A program made the position numbers and the translations under genes. From an uncultured Candidatus Saccharibacteria bacterium (lineage in GTDB: Bacteria > Patescibacteriota > Minisyncoccia > Phycocordibacterales > UBA9973), in the NCBI GenBank assembly GCA_964625065.1, contig CAZUZL010000005.1, forward strand, positions 2,072 through 66,071: a stretch of 64,000 nt of DNA. The letters run 5' to 3'. Under the pieces are notes generated by a model. The model was not told the origin of the DNA and searched no databases. It saw only the letters and a list, made by a program, of their open reading frames with translations. Positions 60,470 through 64,000 of the stretch are shown piece after piece. How positions within the stretch are numbered: position 1 is the first letter of the stretch; the number at the start of each line of letters is the position of its first letter.

Positions 60470-60644
60470 TTAAATAGTTATAAATACATAACTAAAGTAT
60501 GTGGTTCCTGATCAAGTCTGAGAAGGGACTCAAATAATATATATATATTAAATAGTTATAAATACATAACTAAAGTATGTGGTTTCGGTTAAGTCCGAGA
60601 AGCGGCTCCAAGTATAAACTTCTTAAACATTTATAAATACATTA
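60470..60644 (+). repeat. Tandem ~78-bp units containing degenerate tRNA-Thr 3' halves
   Basis: TTAAATAGTTATAAATACATAACTAAAGTATGTGGTT twice (60470, 60548), each followed by a tRNA-like 3' end. Confidence 0.85.
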
Positions 60645-60700
60645 GAACGCGATAAATAAATAAAAGCCCCTTACGGGGCTTTTATTTATTTATCGCGTTC
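60645..60700. terminator. Bidirectional terminator with 26-bp perfect stem
   Basis: 60645-60670 is the exact reverse complement of 60675-60700. Confidence 0.85.
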
Positions 60701-61099
60701 CTCTTCTTTTATTTTTGCCTTTAGTTGTTTTATTTTATATTTGTATTCTACAACACTACGCCAGAAGAATGAATTTTGGTGTTCCTCGGGGGTAATAGGT
60801 TTTTTCGAGAAGAACGCATATACTCGTGGCATGTTAGTTTCGAAAAACTTTGCTATACGTGCACTTGTGCGTATTCTAAGTTCAGAAATGGTTATAAATG
60901 CACGATGTAGTCCACGACTTATACGATATGCGATAAATTTTAATGTTTGTGTAACAACCCTTTTTTCATGTAATTGTGTTTTATGTATAGTGTCTACTGT
61001 TATAACACCAGTGCGTAGTAAATACGCGCGGTAGCAAGTTGTAACATACAACGCGACAGCAGATAGTATAAATATTACGATTAAAAAAGTTGTACCCAT
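60686..61099 (-). CDS. Hypothetical membrane-anchored protein
   Basis: N-terminal TM; follows tsf. Confidence 0.7.
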   Translation of the reverse strand: MGTTFLIVIFILSAVALYVTTCYRAYLLRTGVITVDTIHKTQLHEKRVVTQTLKFIAYRISRGLHRAFITISELRIRTSARIAKFFETNMPRVYAFFSKKPITPEEHQNSFFWRSVVEYKYKIKQLKAKIKEEERDK

Positions 61100-61108
61100 A
61101 TCTATTTA

Positions 61109-61882
61109 TTATACTGTAAATTGAGTAAATGAAACAATACTTGCACCAGCTTCCTTAAGTAGTTGACCGATAGTTTTTGAAGGGTCTTTGATAAAGTTTT
61201 GTTCTACCAAAGTGTATTCCTTAAAATATGTGTCTAGTTTACCTTGAAGTATTTTTGCTTTCATTTCAGCTGGCTTGTCAGATTCGTTAACTTCAGCAGT
61301 AAATAGTTCTGTAACTTTTACTTTGTCGTCTTCACTGATGTCGGCTGTTGTTGTAAAACGTGGGTACATAGCTGTAACATGCATTGCTATGTCGCGTGCT
61401 AGGTCTTTGTTACCACCTTCTAGTACAACTACAGCGGCGTTTTTACCATTGTGGTTGTATGAACCAACTGTAGAACCTGCAAGTACCACAGTTGTACCAA
61501 GTTGGATGTTTTCGCCAATCTTTTGTACTAATGGGTCTATCATTTCTTTTGCTTTCGCTGTTACTGCATCTGTGCCTTCAGTTAACGCAAGGTCGGTTAG
61601 TGTGTTAACTAATGCTACGAAGTCGTCGTTTTTAGCAACGAAGTCTGTTTCGCATAGTAGTGTTATAACAGCTGTTTTGTCAGCGCCGTCTTTAACGTTT
61701 ATCAAACCTGCGCCTAATGTTCGGTCTGATTTTTTAGCAGCACTTGCACTTGATTGTTTGCGTAGCAATATCAAGGCAGTTTCCATGTCGCCTTCACTTT
61801 CTTCTAAAGCTTTTTTACATTGCATTACTGATACACCTGTTGTATCGCGTAATTCTTTTACCATTTCAGTTGTGATTTTCAT
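61109..61882 (-). CDS. tsf: Elongation factor Ts
   Basis: VKELRD.TG..VM.CKKAL, CETDFVAKN, IGENI, IAMH. Confidence 0.97.
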   Translation of the reverse strand: MKITTEMVKELRDTTGVSVMQCKKALEESEGDMETALILLRKQSSASAAKKSDRTLGAGLINVKDGADKTAVITLLCETDFVAKNDDFVALVNTLTDLALTEGTDAVTAKAKEMIDPLVQKIGENIQLGTTVVLAGSTVGSYNHNGKNAAVVVLEGGNKDLARDIAMHVTAMYPRFTTTADISEDDKVKVTELFTAEVNESDKPAEMKAKILQGKLDTYFKEYTLVEQNFIKDPSKTIGQLLKEAGASIVSFTQFTV

Positions 61883-61911
61883 AAGAACAATTTAAATTAA
61901 TGTTTTTAAAA

Positions 61912-62583
61912 TTATTGGTTTTTGTAAGCTTTTTTAAGCTCGTCAATAAAGAATGAAATACTAGATACAGACCCATCGTTAGCAACAATAGGGAATGTAG
62001 CAACGCGGTTGTCGCAGTCTGTGTTCATAAGTGCAATAACTGGTATGTTCATTTTTTGGCATTCAGTAACTGCAATGTGTTCGCGTTTAGCGTCAACAAC
62101 TATAACCGCAGCCGGCATAGCTGTCATTGTTATAAGACCTGAAAAGTTTGTTTCCATATCAGCTATTTCACGGTCGATAAGTAAACGTTCTTTCTTAGTG
62201 TATTTTTCAAGTTCACCACTGTCGCGGTCAGCTTTTAGTTGTATTAAGCGGGCGATACGTTTTTTAATTTCAGAAAAGTTTGTTAACACACCACCTACCC
62301 AACGTTCAGTTACAGAAAGGGTACTAGTGTCGGTTGCAGCATCTAATACTGCTTTTTTGGCTTCAGGTTTTACCCCGACCCAAAGTATTTGTTTGCCTTT
62401 TGAACCAAGGTCTTTCAAAAATGTTTTTGCATTTTCTAGTTGAACTTCAGTTTGTGTAAGGTCGATAATATCAACACGGTTTTTGGTGCCGTATATAAAT
62501 TTTGATGCAGAAGGGTGGCGACGAGTTTTTGAATACCCGAAATGCGCACCTTTTTCGAACATCGTGTCAATAAGGTTAGACAT
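61912..62583 (-). CDS. rpsB: 30S ribosomal protein S2
   Basis: GAHFG, IIDL, RWVGG.LTNF, DTDC..NDG. Confidence 0.97.
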   Translation of the reverse strand: MSNLIDTMFEKGAHFGYSKTRRHPSASKFIYGTKNRVDIIDLTQTEVQLENAKTFLKDLGSKGKQILWVGVKPEAKKAVLDAATDTSTLSVTERWVGGVLTNFSEIKKRIARLIQLKADRDSGELEKYTKKERLLIDREIADMETNFSGLITMTAMPAAVIVVDAKREHIAVTECQKMNIPVIALMNTDCDNRVATFPIVANDGSVSSISFFIDELKKAYKNQ

Positions 62584-62717
62584 AAAAAATTCTATGGTTA
62601 ATTATATAATGCTTCCGTTTTTAAGCATTCCAGCCTATTTACAAAGGGTTTTAACCTTCACGGAAGTAATGCCATAGTACCAGAAAAACGCCTATTTTGC
62701 AAGGTGGGGGATTGTTC

Positions 62718-62819
62718 ATCCCCTCCTTGTGGAGGAGGGGTGGCACTCCTGTGACGGGGTGGTGATTAAATTAGTCACCACCTCGCCCTGCGGGCACTCC
62801 TCCTCAATAAGGAGGAGAT
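62718..62819. repeat. Back-to-back pair of REP-like elements
   Basis: 62718-62765 (inverted copy of 44436-44483) plus related unit TCACCACCTCGCCCTGCGGGCACTCCTCCT...AGGAGGAG at 62775-62819. Confidence 0.85.
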
Positions 62820-62866
62820 TAGTCATCGTTTGTAAAAACCCTTTTTTTAGAGTAGTATGTCTATAT

Positions 62867-64000
62867 ATGAAACAGTCACATTTGTTTACCAAGACCAAAA
62901 GAGAAGCCCCTTCTGACGAAGTGGCTAAAAACGCCCAATTGCTTATAAGAGCAGGGTTTATTCACAAGGAAATGGCCGGGGTATATTCTTATTTACCTCT
63001 TGGTTTAAAAGTGATCAAAAAAATCGAAGACATAATTCGTGAAGAAATGGATGTAATTGGTGGTACTGAAATGCGTACATCTGTAATGCAAAACAAAGAA
63101 GTATGGGAAAAATCTAATAGATGGGACGATGCAATTGTAGACAACTGGTTTAAAACCACTTTAAAAAGTGGCACAGAAATAGGTTTGTCTTTTACTAATG
63201 AAGAAGCTTATGCAAATATTTTAAAACAATATGTTAGCTCATATAAAGATCTGCCACTGTACCCATACGACTTCAAGAATATTTTTAGAAATGAAACACG
63301 AAGTAAATCCGGTATCTTACGTGGCCGCGAATTTTACTGGAAGGCATTGTATTCATTTTCAAAAAACGAAACCCAGCATAATGAATTTTACGAAAAGGCT
63401 AAACAGGCGTATACAAATATTTTTGACAAAGTTGGCATCGGACATGTTACATACATGACTTTTGCCTCTGGTGGGTCGTTCTCAAAATTTTCGCACGAAT
63501 TCCAAACACTGACTGATGCAGGGGAAGATACTATTTATATTGATACAGACAAAAAGATTGCAGTTAATAAAGAAGTTTACAATGATGAAGTTTTAGAAAG
63601 TTTAAGTTTAGATAAAAATAATTTAATAGAAAAAACCGCGGTTGAAGTTGGTAATATATTCTCACTAGGAACAAAATTCTCTGAACCATTTGATTTGAAA
63701 TACAAAGACGAAAACGGAGAGGACAAACTAGTTGTAATGGGTAGTTACGGTATAGGTCTAGGTAGACTTATGGGTACTGTTGTAGAAGTTCTGTCTGATG
63801 AAAAAGGCATTGTTTGGCCTGCATCTATTGCACCATTTGCTGTGCATTTATTGGTATTAGGTAATGATGAAGTGGTTACAAATACAGCAAATGAAATTTA
63901 TAAAAAAATGACTGAACAAAATATAGAAGTATTATTTGACGACCGTACCGGTGTAACAGCAGGAGAAAAATTTGCAGATGCAGATCTAATAGGTTTACCA
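62867..64000 (+). CDS. proS: Prolyl-tRNA synthetase, runs off window end (absent from ORF track)
   Basis: MKQSHLFTKT.REAPSDE...NAQLLIRAGFI....AGVYSYLPLG; FRNE; VEVGNIF.LGTKFS; GIVWP..IAPF. Confidence 0.93.
   Translation, partial: MKQSHLFTKTKREAPSDEVAKNAQLLIRAGFIHKEMAGVYSYLPLGLKVIKKIEDIIREEMDVIGGTEMRTSVMQNKEVWEKSNRWDDAIVDNWFKTTLKSGTEIGLSFTNEEAYANILKQYVSSYKDLPLYPYDFKNIFRNETRSKSGILRGREFYWKALYSFSKNETQHNEFYEKAKQAYTNIFDKVGIGHVTYMTFASGGSFSKFSHEFQTLTDAGEDTIYIDTDKKIAVNKEVYNDEVLESLSLDKNNLIEKTAVEVGNIFSLGTKFSEPFDLKYKDENGEDKLVVMGSYGIGLGRLMGTVVEVLSDEKGIVWPASIAPFAVHLLVLGNDEVVTNTANEIYKKMTEQNIEVLFDDRTGVTAGEKFADADLIGLP

Noticed and set aside
60470-60644. CRISPR array
   Set aside because: Only two full units, the 'spacers' resemble each other and the tRNA, and no cas genes are present.
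22428-61895. Long antisense ORFs (e.g. 22428-23267, 37426-38124, 59658-60323, 61275-61895)
   Set aside because: Shadows of well-supported genes on the opposite strand; no motifs of their own.
1-64000. Alternative genetic code (UGA=Gly) or stop read-through as general explanation
   Set aside because: rpoB, rpoC and others are intact under code 11, RF2 is present, and the only broken core gene has TAA.

Overview
AT-rich bacterial chromosome segment. Gene content and promoter style fit Patescibacteria/CPR, probably Parcubacteria (inference from the Gmad2, DUF5667 + ECF sigma, lamin-tail and VirD4-like genes, and short leaderless genes). Core genes: rodA (partial), secD-secF, lemA-htpX, a UvrD/PD-(D/E)XK helicase-nuclease broken by one in-frame TAA, a shortened prfB, ftsE-ftsX, pyrG, rnj, secG, rlmB, ndh, udg, rpoB-rpoC-dnaG-rpoD, tsf, rpsB and proS (partial), plus six tRNAs. 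The most interesting layer is a set of very small elements. (i) A 21-30 bp GC-rich element (CCTGCCCGA-N-GGCGGG) sits in frame inside at least 5 unrelated proteins and builds the rpoD N-terminal repeats. (ii) A RAYT-type transposase and an HNH nuclease are bracketed by three identical-core palindromes. (iii) Four tRNA loci carry duplicated tRNA fragments, one with a GIY-YIG gene. (iv) A four-helix-bundle gene is flanked by inverted heptamer arrays. Other observations: a circularly permuted DsbA, Bacteroidota-type T9SS-tail proteins, two paralogs resembling DGR targets, a signal-peptide ORF ending in RAPP, and no TGA stop among the called genes. No CRISPR array, rRNA, integrase or reverse transcriptase was seen. 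All family calls come from motif recognition by eye; no searches were run.
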